Part shown: positions 25,336 through 38,140 of the stretch, in pieces
How the letters are laid out: each line of letters starts with the position of its first letter
Position numbering within the stretch: the stretch's first letter is position 1
Origin: Octopus sinensis
Lineage: Eukaryota
Assembly (NCBI RefSeq): GCF_006345805.1
Contig: NC_042999.1
Span: 166,408,001-166,472,000 of the forward strand
Reading direction: 5' to 3'
DNA length: 64,000 nt
The notes under the pieces: generated by a model
Databases searched by the model: none
What the model saw: only the letters and a program-made list of their open reading frames with translations
What the model was told of the DNA's origin: nothing
Translations under genes and position numbers: made by a program

Positions 25336-25455
25336 TCTCTAATTCTGATAGTGACTCAGCTATTAGTGTGTATATGTATGTATGTTTATATGTATGTGTA
25401 TGTATCTGTGTGTGTGTGTGTGTATATATATGTAATTATAATATGTGTGTATACC

Positions 25456-25837
25456 GTGGGACTCCATCAGTTATGACGATGAGGGTTCCAGTTGATGCGA
25501 TCAACGGAACAGCCTGCTTGTGAAATTAACATGCAAGTGGCTGGCCACTCCACAGACACGTGTACCCTTAACATGGTTCTCAGGGAGATTTAGCATGACA
25601 GAGTGTGGCAAGGCTGGCCCCTTTGAAATACAGGTACAACAGAAACAGGAAGAAAGATTGAGAGAAAGATGTGGGGAAAGAGTACAGCAGGGTTCACCAC
25701 CACCCCCTACCAGAGCCTCATGGAGCTTTAGATGTTTTCGCTCAATAAACACTCATAACACCCAGTCTGGAAATCGAAACCACGATCCTACGACCGCGAG
25801 CCCACTGCCCTAACTGCTGGGCCATTGTGCTTCCACA
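25456..25837 (-). mobile_element. Distinct tRNA-derived SINE (third family)
   Basis: Minus strand starts GTGGAAGCACAATGGCCCAGCAGTTAGGGCAG...GGTTTCGATTTCC (tRNA-like A/B boxes) followed by a unique body. Confidence 0.75.
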
Positions 25838-25939
25838 TGTGTGTGTATATATATATATACTTTCAAAATGTGACCTTGTGTGTACCGTTGGCGATTTTTT
25901 TCCTCTGTCTTCCCTTCTCTGGATCTTTCCTTCTCCTAT

Positions 25940-25974
25940 GTTTTCGACAAAGAGCTCCACTTGAAACGTTAAAC
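25940..25974 (+). ncRNA. Decayed minimal hammerhead-like motif
   Basis: GTTT|TCGACAA|A|GAGC-TCC-ACTT|GAAA|CG|TT|AAAC; stem I intact. Confidence 0.4.
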
Positions 25975-26060
25975 CCTCCTTCTTTCCTGAGCGTCCAATA
26001 ATACTATATTTGTTCCACATCCTTGCGTTGTTGTGTTTTTTTGTGCTTTCTTGTTTGGAT

Positions 26061-26062
<2 letters not shown>

Positions 26063-26119
<57 letters not shown>

Positions 26120-26352
26120 AAATATTAGGGAATAAATCCAAACTTACAGGGAAAAATCAGATTTAGGATTGAATCCAATTTTATAGTAAAATATTATATT
26201 ATATTAAATTAGAGATTACCTTTTATTAAACTTTTAATACTTTTGATATATATTTAAAACAATATAAATTAATTAATTTTATGTATTGGCTTAAGTTTTT
26301 CATTGTTTGATTTGCCTAATAGTGGTTTTATCTATCTCTAATTTAATATAAT

Positions 26353-26422
<70 letters not shown>
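26063..26422. repeat. Two long (TA)n tracts bracketing an AT-rich insert
   Basis: Direct reading of the sequence. Confidence 0.9.
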
Positions 26423-26426
<4 letters not shown>

Positions 26427-27084
26427 ATAGAGGGCATTATTGCACATAAATGCCTCACACTAAGAGGGACAAAGTCATTACTACCAAAATTACACTAATC
26501 ATACCTAAATGCAGTTCTTCAAAGCAAGACATTTAAAAAATGAATTTATGTATATGTGTGTGTGTATGTATATGTATGTATGTATATGTATATGTGTGTG
26601 TATGTATATGTATATATGTGTGTGTATGTTTGTGTGCTTGTGTAGTGTCTGCTTCATTTTCCTATTAAATAGATGGCATAAAAGCTGTTAAATGCATTTT
26701 ATGTGAAATCATTCATTCTCATTTCATATAAGGTTTAATGGAATGAGGACACGTATTATTTCAAAGCCGAGTGTAACTAAATATGAGATGAGCTTTCAAA
26801 TTTTCAAGTAGCAATTCATCAACTAGTTATATCTTAATACTTTCAAGTTGAATCTAGCCATTCATTTATGTGTCATGAGATGGGGGATAAGGCTACGACA
26901 ATTTTAGTGTGAGATGAATGCAACTTGATGGCAAGGGTAAATGAAGGGAGAGGAAAGAGAAATTTAGGAAGTAGAGTATTGTATGTATTTGGCTTGTGAT
27001 TTGAGTGGTTATGAAGAGGCTATAGTAAGTCTACCTACTACACTTTAAGCTTTCTGAAGACACCATGTGAAGTGGAGGTTTTTA

Positions 27085-27555
27085 TTATTACCTCCACCTT
27101 AGCAAAGGCAGAGGTATTGTTTTTCAATTGTGTTTGTTTGTTTCTTTCTTTCTTTGTCGGTGGACAAGGTATCTCAAGAACCACTGGATGGATTTGGATG
27201 AGGTTTTCGGGGATGTTTGGCCTCATGGCTGGCACAATCTGAGTAGATTTTGGGATTGATCCAGTACCAGATAAGGATTCTGGATTATTTTTTTCTGTTT
27301 TTTTTTACTTAATTTTTGAGAGCGGTCAAGTTCATTTTTAGTATTCTCATTTGTGAGAGCAGTCGGGTTTATTACCTCCTCCTTAGCGAGGGCAGAGGTA
27401 TTGTATTCAGTTGTGTTTGTTTGTTGGTCCATGGACAAGATATCTCAAGAACCACTGGATGGATTCGGACGAAACATTCAGGGATGTTTGGCCTTGTGAC
27501 TGGCACAAACTGATTAGATTTTGGGATCAATCCAGTACCAGATAACTATTCTGGA
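27085..27555 (+). repeat. Two tandem ~284-bp units of a Helentron/HINE-like element
   Basis: TTATTACCTCC..(hairpin)..GAGGT, GTTTGTTTG, ATATCTCAAGAACCACTGGATGGATT repeated at 27085 and 27368. Confidence 0.7.
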
Positions 27556-28124
27556 TTACATTCTAAGTCCAAATGCTACTGAGATCAACCTAGCCTTTCA
27601 TCTTTTCGGGGTTGATAAATCAAGTACCACTCGAGCACTGGGGTTGATGTAATTAAGTAGCACCCCCCCCAAAAAAAAAAATTTGAGGATGTATAACCCT
27701 CCGTTCTTATTTATAACATTTTGTATACATATATTGATGCTATTGAGCAAAAGTGTCATAAGTTGAAAACATTGATTTTTCAGAAAATGAAAAAATAGTT
27801 TCACTATTCCATAGCAAAACTAAAGCAGGTGGAGATACGATAGTTTGACCAAAAGAATTGGCAAAAGAACAAGCAAAAATTTATATTGAAGAAAATGCAT
27901 TTGGCCAAATTTGGACATACGACAGTGTAACATAATTAATTCTTTTATTAATAATAATTAATTCTTTTATTACGACAGTGTAACATAATAGCAACAATAT
28001 ATTGATAGAAATGGCAATACAACAAAAGAATGAAATAGACCTCGATATTATATAAATAGAGGAATTTATCTGTAAATATAATCTGGCTACTAAATAATTG
28101 TGACATATTATATTTACAGATATA

Positions 28125-28165
<41 letters not shown>

Positions 28166-28460
28166 GTGTGTGTACTGAAACTCACGCAAGCAGTCAGTCA
28201 TATGCTGTTACATACAGAGCGTCCATCCAGACATATTGACATATATATAAACAGGTATACTCATTAAAGGATCTTTAACAACAGGTATTCTTTTGCTCAA
28301 TTAACAGAAAAGAAAATGGTGTTGTGAAATTGTTGTTTAATTATTCCTATGAATCTATATCAGTATCAAATGCTGCTATTTTAAATATATGTTATTCAAA
28401 CATGTAAATATACATATGTGTGTGTGTACAAATATATGTATGTATATATTTGTATATATA

Positions 28461-28691
28461 GGCGGCAAGCTGGCAGAATCGTTAGCATGTCGGGTGAAAT
28501 GCTTAGCGTTATTTCGTCTGCCGCTACGTTCTGAGTTCAAATTCCGCCAAGGTCGACTTTGCCTTTCATCCTTTCAGGGTCGATAAATAAAGTACCAGTT
28601 TCGCACTGGGGTCGTTGTAATCGACTTAATCCCTTTGTCGGTCCTTATTTGTCCCCTCTATGTTTAGCCCCTTGTGGGCAATAAAGAAATA
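28461..28691 (+). mobile_element. SINE family A, full length, ending about 40 bp upstream of the exon 2 acceptor
   Basis: Head GGCGGCAAGCTGGCAG, core and tail all present. Confidence 0.9.
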
Positions 28692-28730
28692 TATATGTAT
28701 GTATCTAAATGTATTATTCTTTTTCCTTAG

Positions 28731-28828
28731 CACCAATTTGTACTGCGGAAGAACTTGTTGATGCTTACAAAAAGGGATGTAAAGTCTATGATGTGAAACC
28801 ATGGAATAAAATTATTCAACAACTTTTG
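28731..28828 (+). CDS. PPP1R37: PPP1R37 exon 2: (A)PICTAEELVDAYKKGCKVYDVKPWNKIIQQLL
   Basis: Acceptor ttttccttag; phase matches exon 1 (G+CA=Ala); donor GTAAGT at 28829; similar to recalled DEVIGAYKQACQKLNCRQIPKLLRQL. Confidence 0.9.
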
Positions 28829-31800
28829 GTAAGTAACTGTTGAAAAAGTATGGTTAAAGACCTAATTATATTGAGACTATGTTTCAAGTATGGATTAACC
28901 TATCTTCTTTGCAATTTTTTTACTAGACATTTCTAGTTAATTGTTTACATTTAAGTCTTTATTATGAATTATTGTGAGAGTTTTAGTCTGTTAGACATAA
29001 GAATAATTGGGAAATGTAGTTCAATTAAGAGTTAATTTGATTGAGTACAGGTTAATAGTTGGAAAAGAAGTTCCTAAATAATGCATTTCTATCATAAAAG
29101 GGTTGGCAGGTTGTCTAGGAGTGGTGGAAAAGGCTTGAATCAGAAGTGATATTTGAACATAAGAAATCAGTGAAAGTCAAATTCCAGATGATCTCACTTG
29201 TGGATAGAACTGTTGTGGGTGATGTTCTCTGCAAAGTCTTAGTAAGGAAATAAATTATAAGAAGCAGAAAGACAGGTGTGTTGTACTCCCTCTTTCTATC
29301 TTTCTATCTTTCTTTAACTAACTATTTAATCCCATAATATTATAGCTCTGCCTTTCTCCTAGCTCCCACCACTAACACTCTTTGCTCTCTCTTTTCATTT
29401 CTCCCTTCAACTAACCATGTACAGCATCATATATTTGGCCTTAGTGAATCCTTATATAGATTGACAGAAATAGGCCCACTGTGTGTAGTAATTGTAGAAG
29501 GCAATGGTAAAACACAACAGACAGATATTGTGCAAGAAGTAGAACTTGTTCAGTGAAGAATTTATTATATATGAAAATATCTTTTTTCTTTTCTTATATT
29601 CAAAAGTTGTACTGCCTTGTCCTAGTTATGGAAATAGCATTCAATGTTGGGACATGGTTGGGTCTTGATTAATATGTAAAAATTCTTTTGGTCCATAATG
29701 TTTTTAACTTTGAAGTGGAATGTTACACATCTATGTGGTTTTCAGAACATTGAAAAAGTATATGTCAAAGAGCTTGTTAGATTTTTGTAGGGTATGGTTA
29801 ACCATTTTATAGAAAACACTTGTCACTGGCTACTAAATGATAATCAAAGGAACTTATTTTGTATTAGCTTCACTCTTTTGATACCAACCTTTTTTGGGAC
29901 TGCCCTTGCTTCTGTTACACAAATTCCCCATTTAAAAGTGATCTAAATTAAAACCTCCCTTTAAAATTTCATGCTAATTTCTTCCCAACACCAGCTTGTT
30001 AACTGCAAGGTTATATCATATATCTTTCATTATTTTCAAAATTAATTGAAACAGAGGTAGTGTGCGGAAGTAAGGTAACAAAAGGGTTAAGAGTCCTTCA
30101 CAATATTTATTTTGCATCAGGTTACACTCTTGTCTCTCTCACCATCAGAAATGTAGTGAACCAGTAATTGGCTCGTTGGAAGCCTGAAATTAATGAGGCT
30201 ATTGTTCACCTGTTGTGATAGAGAATTAAAAAAAATAATCATATTGCATTCATTAGAAAAATGAAGTCATGTTTTCAATAAATATATTTAAGTTGCAGAA
30301 ACCTTTGCTCATGAAACAATTGTCCAGTTAAAACATGTTTTAGTGTTCCTATATGTATCTAATAGCTGTTGAGTCTCTATTTCTTGTTTTCTTGTTTTAT
30401 TTTATGAACTAAAAATAAAATAAACAGAGACATTTTAGAAACAACCTTTACTCTAGTTCTTGTCAACATAATCACCACCGGCATCATCAACATCATCATC
30501 ATCATCACCATCATCTATATCTGCTTTTCCACTGGTCTGCCCCAACACAGCACCTTGCCATTTGTTGTGTTCCTTTGTCATCTTCTTTCTGAGGTGCAAC
30601 ATCCTGAAATTGCCTTTCACCACATCTGCTTGATGATCCTTTTGCACGGTTTCCTTCCACATGGATCTCTTGGCACTTCTTCACTCATCTCTCATCATTT
30701 GTACATATTACACAGTCCATATCAACACAGTTGTCTCTTGTCCCCAATACATCAAATTTCTCATATGACCAGTTTTTCTCATTCATATACATTATATAGT
30801 CATTAGAGCATACTCCATTCCTCTCCAACCTCCACTCATCCTCTGTATTTAATGTCAGTCTTGCTGCAATGCAGTATTGCACTTCAGACATGCAAAAGCA
30901 ATGTACAAAACAATCTTCACTCAAAGGTAGAAACCCCTTTTTGCCAAAAGTAATAATAGCTCCCTGAAAATTTTCCACATTGTTCTTAGTCTGGCTCTGT
31001 ATTCCTCTCCCCCCGTCTCTTTCTCCCTCTCCCTCTCTCTCACACACACCAGTCTGGAAAGTAAGTCAGAAAAATACACACTTGTATATTTTTCAGTACA
31101 TTGGTTATACTAACCAAAGTATAAAATATTTATAGATGCATTACAGTAGCTATTTTTTTTATATTAGCCATCTCTGATGAACACAGTTATACATAATCTG
31201 GTTATCTAATATCCTGTGCAAAACCAATTGGTAGGATTGGCTGTAATGGATCTATAATACTGTATACTCCAATCTGTACACATGCAAGTGCACACGTATT
31301 ATGTATATAAAATAGATAAGTGGAAATAATGGTCGCCTGCTGTTGATATCTAGTTGAGTATGTACAAGACCACTGCTTGTTGGCAGCAAGAAAGGTATCT
31401 GCTTATAAAACGCTGTCTTACAAAAACTATCCCACCCATGCCATCACAGACATGTGGATGCAAATATTTGTTGCTGATGAGGATGATTATGATATATATA
31501 TATATGTGTGTATGTATATATAGTGTAATTGCCATTTGGTAATTATGACACATTTTTTAGAGACAGGGATAATTTCAATAAATCAAGAATTTATGTTATA
31601 TGGTATTTGATATACTTGTATTTTTCTATGTTGTTCAAATACATGACACCCTAATTTATTTCTCTTAGCTCATTTTTGTTTTACACACGCACACACATGC
31701 ACACGCACAGTTTAAAGGGGATCAGTTAACACTGGGGTGCCTATCAAAATGAAACACACCACATTAATGGAAAAACACAAATCAACAGGTAAACAATCCA

Positions 31801-32065
31801 GTATCTCCACTGGTGTTTGGTAAACTGCAAATCCAAGAGTATCCAAAGTTGAAGAGAATTTCTAGCATGGTGTAAAATAACAATAAAGATCAATGAATTA
31901 CACAGAATTGCTTCAATCATTTCATTACAAAATTCTATTGTGTTGTAATATCAGACAGGCAGGAATTATTGAAGCGCAACATCTATAAGATACTGTGAAA
32001 CACAACGGAGAGCCGCTCAAATCTTCTGCATAAGAGCAACTATGTGCCATTGGGAGATAAAAGTC

Positions 32066-32122
32066 ATCATCATCATCCTTATCATCATCATCCTTATCAT
32101 CATCCTTATCATCATCGTCATT

Positions 32123-32158
<36 letters not shown>

Positions 32159-32196
32159 GTCATAGTCATCATCATCATCATTATCATCATCATCTT
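32066..32196. repeat. (ATC)n microsatellite, expanded RTE tail
   Basis: Continuous with the RTE 3' end at 32196. Confidence 0.9.
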
Positions 32197-33842
32197 TTAA
32201 CGTCCGCTTTCCATTTTGGCATGAGTTGGATGGTTTGACTGAGAACTGGTGAGTCAGAGGCTGCACCAGGCTCAGTCTGATCTGGCAAAGTTTCTACAGC
32301 TGGATGCCCTTCCTAATGTCAACTGCTCTGAGAGTAGTGGGTACTTTTTATGTGCCACCGGATAAGGGCCAGTCAGACACTTCTGGCAATGACCATGCTC
32401 AAAAGGTGTTTTTACGTGGTACCTGTACAGCAGCCAGTCCAGCGGTACTGGCAATGACCACACTCGAATGTTGTTTTTCTTTTGCCACTGGCACATGTGC
32501 CAGTAAGGCAACGCTGGCAATAATCCATGGCCCTGGTAACGGTCACGCTCGGATGTGCTTATAACGTTCCACTGGTACGAGCGCCAATCAGGCAATACTC
32601 ACTGGCACAAGTGCCAATCAGTTGGTACTGTCATCAGCCACTTCAACAATTTTGGTTTGTTTACACTTGCCTCAATAGGTCTTTGCAAGCTAAGTTCATT
32701 GTCCAATAAATGAGAGGTACTCATAAGTGGGCCGATTACACCCCACGTTCAGATGTGCTTTTAACGTTCCACTGGCACGAGTGCCAATCAGGCAGTACTA
32801 TCATCAGCCACGTCAGCAATTTTGATTTTGATTTCACTTGCTTCACAAGCAAGGTTTATTGTCCATAAATGAGGGGTATTTATAAATGAGCTGGTTACAC
32901 CCAATGGCATATGGTCTCACTTGGCTTGTCCGGTCTTCTCAAGCACAGCATATCTCCAAAAGTTCTGGTCACTAGTCATTTCCTTGGTAAGGCCCAATGT
33001 TCAAAGGTCATGCTTCACCACCTCATCCCAGGTTTTCCTGGGTCTACCTCTTCCACAGATTCCCTCATCTGCTAGGGTGTGACACTTTTTCACACAGCTG
33101 TCCTCATTCATTCGCAACACATGACCATACCAGTGCAGTCGTCTCTCTTGCACACCACATCTGATGCTTCTTAAATCCAACTTTTCTCTCAGGGTGCTTA
33201 CACTCTGTTGTGTATGCACACTGACATTACACATCCAGCAGAGCTTACCTGTCCTCAGCAGTCATGGCCCATCTTTCACTGCCATGTAGCATGGCTGTTC
33301 GCGCACATGCATCATACAGTCTACCTTTTACTCTGAGCGAGAAGCCCTTTGTCACCAGCAGAGGTAGGATCTCTCTGAACTCTGCCCAGGTTATTCTTAT
33401 TCTAGCAGCTACACTCTCAGAGCATCCACCCCTGCTACTGACTTGGTCACCTAGGTAATGGAAGCTATCAACTACTTATAGTTTTTCTCCCTGGAATGTG
33501 ACAGAAGCTGTTCTCTGCACATTTTCAGTGTTTATTGCTCCTGAGCATCTGCCACATTCAAAAACTATCTTCCCAATTAGCCTTCTTTTGATATTGCTGC
33601 ACCTCTTATGTGTCCATAGCTTACACTGGGTATATCTTATGAAGTTTCTACCTATGCCTTTTCTACAGATCGAGCAGGACCATCTACCTGAAGGGATTTG
33701 TGGTTTGCCTGCCTTCCTACTTATTAGGACTTTGGTTTTTGCTAGGTTGACTCTAAGGCCCTTCAATTCTAATCCTTGTTTTCACACCTGAAACTTTTCC
33801 TCTAGCTCTGATAGTGACTCAGTAATTAGAGCAAGGTCATCA
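32190..33842 (-). mobile_element. 5'-truncated RTE-clade LINE
   Basis: KGLRVNLAKTKVL, F(H)YLGDQV, RRLHWYGHVLRM, GRGRPRKTWDEVV; truncated just at the YADD region. Confidence 0.92.
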
Positions 33843-33877
33843 ATTAGAGATAAAAGTCATATAAATTAAATTAAATA

Positions 33878-34131
33878 CCGTCTGGCACCTGTGTCGGTGG
33901 CACATAAAAAACACCATCCGAGCGTGGCCGTCTGCCAGCCTCGTCTGGCACCTGTGTTGGTGGCACATAAAATCACCCACTACACTCTCGGAGTGGTTGG
34001 CGTTAGGAAGGGCATCCAGCTGTAGAAACACTGCCAGATCTGACTGGCCTGGTGTAGCCTTCGGGCTTGCCAGACCCCAGTTGAACCGTCCAACCCATGC
34101 TAGCATGGAAAGCGGACGTTAAACGATGATG
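33878..34131 (+). mobile_element. RTE-LINE 3'UTR fragment, opposite orientation to its neighbour
   Basis: 3' module and GACGTTAAACGATGATG tail. Confidence 0.85.
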
Positions 34132-34499
34132 TATTCTGTATACAAAAATATTTTCATAATATTTGTGAGGTAATCCCCATAATAACAATATATTTATTGA
34201 GTGTGTATGGCAGCCATTAGTCTTGTTAGACTATGAATCTATGCTTGGAAAACCTTGGTAGGGATCCAAAACTTGTACCTGGTTTTGTTGGAGAATTGGT
34301 AAAGTTGCATCTACTGTGGCTATAGAGGACAACTCAGCATTGACAATTCCAGTTGCTGTGATTGTATCTGAAAGCATTATCTGCTTAGCGTTGTCCTGGT
34401 GTTGCTTTTCATTCAGTACACTTTTCTACAGCAGCAAGTCTCAGTTTCTCCTCTCTAGTTCAATACCAAAAATGATCACAATCTCCTTTCATTTCTTTA

Positions 34500-35110
34500 T
34501 GTTCATATCCAATAACTTTGTTTGATTTGTAGACATTTAAAACAAGAGTATGCTCTCTTATCAGAGGCTAACTCCCTCTGATGCAGGTCTTTCAGGATCC
34601 TTCAATTTGACGTAGAGAGTATATGGCCCAGCCAAGGAAACATCCTTGTTGGAGCAGCATAAAGGGGTTGGATATTTGGGCACAAGATAAAACCTAATTG
34701 TTGGAGACTTGGTCAATCTATTTCATGTCTAGGCTGCATCTCAGGCTGTGAAGGTAGAAAGCATTGAAATGCTGCCCTTGTGTGGAGTAAAGGCTCCAGG
34801 TCTTGCTTTCATTAAGTAGTGTAGTGGAGATACAGGCTATGTATAGTATAACTATGGTGTATGTCATTAGTTTACTGTTCTCCCAGACTCTTTGTTAGCC
34901 TAGTAAGTGTTGAGGTTGTTCTGTCTACCAATCCATCTGTTAATCACAGATTTAAGAGAGATTCTGTCTGTGATAACAGAGCTAAGGTATGTGAACTCAA
35001 GGACTACTTCACTTTTCAGTTGTTGACAATAATGGTAGTGGAGGAAGAATGTTCAACCAATGTGTTGGATGAAAGGAATTGGTCTGACACTGTGGCTTTT
35101 AAGCTGAAGT
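34500..35110 (-). mobile_element. Old RTE-like LINE fragment
   Basis: Degenerate VVLEFTYLSSVIT...NRWIG motif (RT domain 7). Confidence 0.55.
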
Positions 35111-36017
35111 CTTAGCACGCTCTGATGGTGGTGGGCAACTTTCCATTAGATCTTTTGGTTGTTCTTTAGAATGTGTTGCCTGCGTTACTTAATCTGCAAA
35201 CATGCCCTTCACAAGATGCATCTTAATGCATCTAATCAAGGCATTCAAATAATATTTTATGTAACATTAGCAATGGGATACATAACATCAAAGTATCACA
35301 TGAAAATAAGTAGGCAGATGAATAATGACATTTCTTTCACCATTAAATCAATCCATTCAGGACAATTGGATCATTTTTGTGCTAGCAAGACAAAATAATT
35401 AATATCTTTGAGAGTATATGAATTGCTTTTCTTTACTGAGATTCATATATTTTTTAACAGAATTTTAATAAGAAAACCTTTATTCTTTTATACCTCTTAA
35501 GTGACTCCATCTTCAAAGAAGCAGCCTGAATAAGCTTTCGTTCCAAATAGTTAATGACAAATAATGAGAAAGTTTGTTTTTTTTTTCAAGTATGAAATGA
35601 CATTGTTTTTTCTCTTCATCTTTCCTTATATTTCTATAACTCCTATTCCTTTCCACCCATGCCCCTCCATGCCCCAGATAACCAGTGACTCATTTGAATC
35701 TGCACGTTCACACACATTCTGCCTCTCTCCCTCTCTATGTATATATTTCTAAAGGAATAAATGTTGCTATTTTTGTCATGAAAATCATATTTCTTTGATA
35801 TTCCAGATATGTACTTTGCTACCTATTGTTGTTTTATGTGTGTTTATATGTTTGATGTCAAAAACCAACAGGTAGTGCCAATTTCTTGTCATAGCAAATA
35901 ATAAATTTTACAAAATAAAGCTAAAATTTTTCTAACTTTTCAGTGGTGACTATATCTAAATTTTCTGAGTATACTAAAAAAAAACTATCATATATTCTTC
36001 TTTCTCTTTTTTTACAG

Positions 36018-36063
36018 AATGTAAAAAATTGCTGGAATAGGCATAAATCTTTCGTTCTTCAAG
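36018..36063 (+). CDS. PPP1R37: PPP1R37 exon 3: NVKNCWNRHKSFVLQ(G)
   Basis: Strong acceptor tttctctttttttacag; donor G|GTAAAT. The 46-nt exon restores frame between exons 2 and 4. Confidence 0.8.
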
Positions 36064-36479
36064 GTAAATAATTTTAAAATTCTATTTGATTAATAAAGAA
36101 CCTTTATGTTCCAAATAATTATCACAACACGTATCTTTTGATGAAACGGTTGAAAAGATTAACTCTTGAATCATGTAATATTGACAGATAAAACTCCACA
36201 TAGACTGGACATTGTTGCTAGCAAGTCCAGTGTATTGCAGGTAACAAGTCCAAAGGTTATAGTGAATTCTGTTCATTAGCTCTTTTGAAGAATGTAGAAG
36301 TTTACTACCAAAACACAACTACTTCTTCATACTAGATTTGGATTCTTATCACATGAGCTAGTAGTGCAATGCTTTATCCACTTGGCTATTTCACCTCTAT
36401 GAGATAGGACTATGAAAATAAATACATCTTCAACTTTCTCTTTGTTCTTTTCTTTTCTTTTTTTTTACTTTTATTTCTA

Positions 36480-36760
36480 TTTTTATTTTAATCCCTCCAT
36501 CTTTCTTCTTCACTGGGAGGTTCATAAGGGTAGAATCCTCAGGCACCTCCTCCATAGGGTTGTATCAGAAGCAAATGTCATTAGACTTTCTGGCTGGATT
36601 CCCAAGTGTAACCAACTGTGACTATGGATATTTTCCAACCATTTCATTATTGGTCTATCCCTAGGTCTCTTGCCAGTTGGCTCGGCTTGAAGAATTCATC
36701 TTGCAATTCTTTCCTGCAACATTCTAATCACACGTCTGTAGTACCAGAGCTGTAACCTCT
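36480..36760 (-). mobile_element. Old RTE-like LINE 3' end
   Basis: QLWYYRRVIRM...ILQAEPTGKRPRDRP..KWLENI. Confidence 0.65.
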
Positions 36761-37721
36761 CAACAAAAATTACATAAGATAAACTTTGTTATTATATTGT
36801 ACTTTGGTAAATTATGTAGAGTCAAATAGTTAATTATTTGAAAGTCACAGTCTTTACCAATAGTTGATTTGTCAATTTTGACTTTAAGGAATAAATGTAT
36901 TGGTGTTCATACTTTTACTCAACATATAAAAGATGTAAGTCAAATGAATTGGCTACAACCAGCTTGTACTCTTTGTTTTCTCTATGGTGCTTGCTAGTGT
37001 ATTGCAATAATTTCACAAGTCTTATTCTTCATGAAATTATTAAATACATTAGGCTGCTATTTCTAGCAGCCAAATCTCCCTCAAGTCACATCCTACTATT
37101 TTTCAATGAAAGGGCACATTAGATACTGTAGTTCTACACATATAAATAGACTGGTTGGTCACAGATTTGGTCTAAAGAACATGTTTATAATTGCTAATGT
37201 TCATATTCTCACATTTTTAAAAGATAGTTGAGAAATTTGTTTCTTACTGTTGTAATATAGCGTAAGGTAGAATCGTTAGCATGCCAGGCAAAATATTTGG
37301 CAGTGTTTTGTTTGTCTTTATATTCTGAGTTCAATTTCTGCCAAGGTTGACTTTGCCTTTCATCTTTTTAGGGTTGATAAAATAAGTACCAGTTGAGTAT
37401 TGGGGTTTAACGTCCGCTTTCCATGATCTCAGATCAAGCCACTTGCCTAACAAGTATTGCTGCAAAACAATCTAATTATGAATTGTTGCTAATAGATATG
37501 AAATAGCAATTTGCAATATAATTAATGAGAAATTATTCTCTAAGGTGTCGATGAATCCTATTGAAAGAAAGAGGTTGTATTCCTGGAAAAAATACCTATT
37601 TATCTCAGTGTTTATTCTTAATTACTAAATTGTTATTTGTAACTGTGAATAGAATAGTCTTCATTCATTTTATCTCAGATAAAATACATGTATTTTGAAA
37701 TAAATATTCTTGTCTTTCAAG

Positions 37722-37822
37722 GTGAACAGTTGGATCATAAACATTGTGAAGCTCTGGAAGAAGTCTTTCGAAGAGTTCAGTTTGAAAGTATTGTTCTTAA
37801 AATTTGTGATTTGGACGATGGG
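37722..37822 (+). CDS. PPP1R37: PPP1R37 exon 4: (G)EQLDHKHCEALEEVFRRVQFESIVLKICDLDDG
   Basis: Acceptor ttcaag, donor GTAATA at 37823; close match to recalled GEKLDYKTCEALEEVFKRLQF. Confidence 0.93.
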
Positions 37823-37981
37823 GTAATATTTTATTTGTTAGTTTGTCACATTTGGATTAATATTTCATTGAAGTTTACTTAGTTTTGAAATACTTCTTTG
37901 ATTAATTTAATATTTTTCTTTTTTAATTATGTTACTACATAAAGCTATTTGGGTTTTTGTCTGATATTTTATGTATGTGAG

Positions 37982-38140
37982 GCATGACTGTGAAGCTAAT
38001 ACGTTTGCTTTACAACCATGTGACTTTGGGTTCGGCCCCACTACACAGCATCTTGATCAGGCTCTACTATAGCTCCAGGTCAACCAATGCCTCGTCAATA
38101 AATTTAAGTAAATGGAAACTGAAAAGAAGCCCATTATATA
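37982..38140 (+). mobile_element. SINE B 5' half, diverged
   Basis: Head to GGAAACTGAAAAGAAGCCC segment. Confidence 0.75.

Noticed and set aside
31925-32266. Poly-Asp and poly-His ORFs
   Set aside because: (ATC)n microsatellite at a LINE tail.
37058-37077. GGCTGCTA-TTTC-TAGCAGCC palindrome (also GAGTCATAA-CAAT-TTATGACTC at 12451-12472)
   Set aside because: Isolated 8-9 bp inverted repeats, expected by chance or from template switching in repeat debris; no other support.
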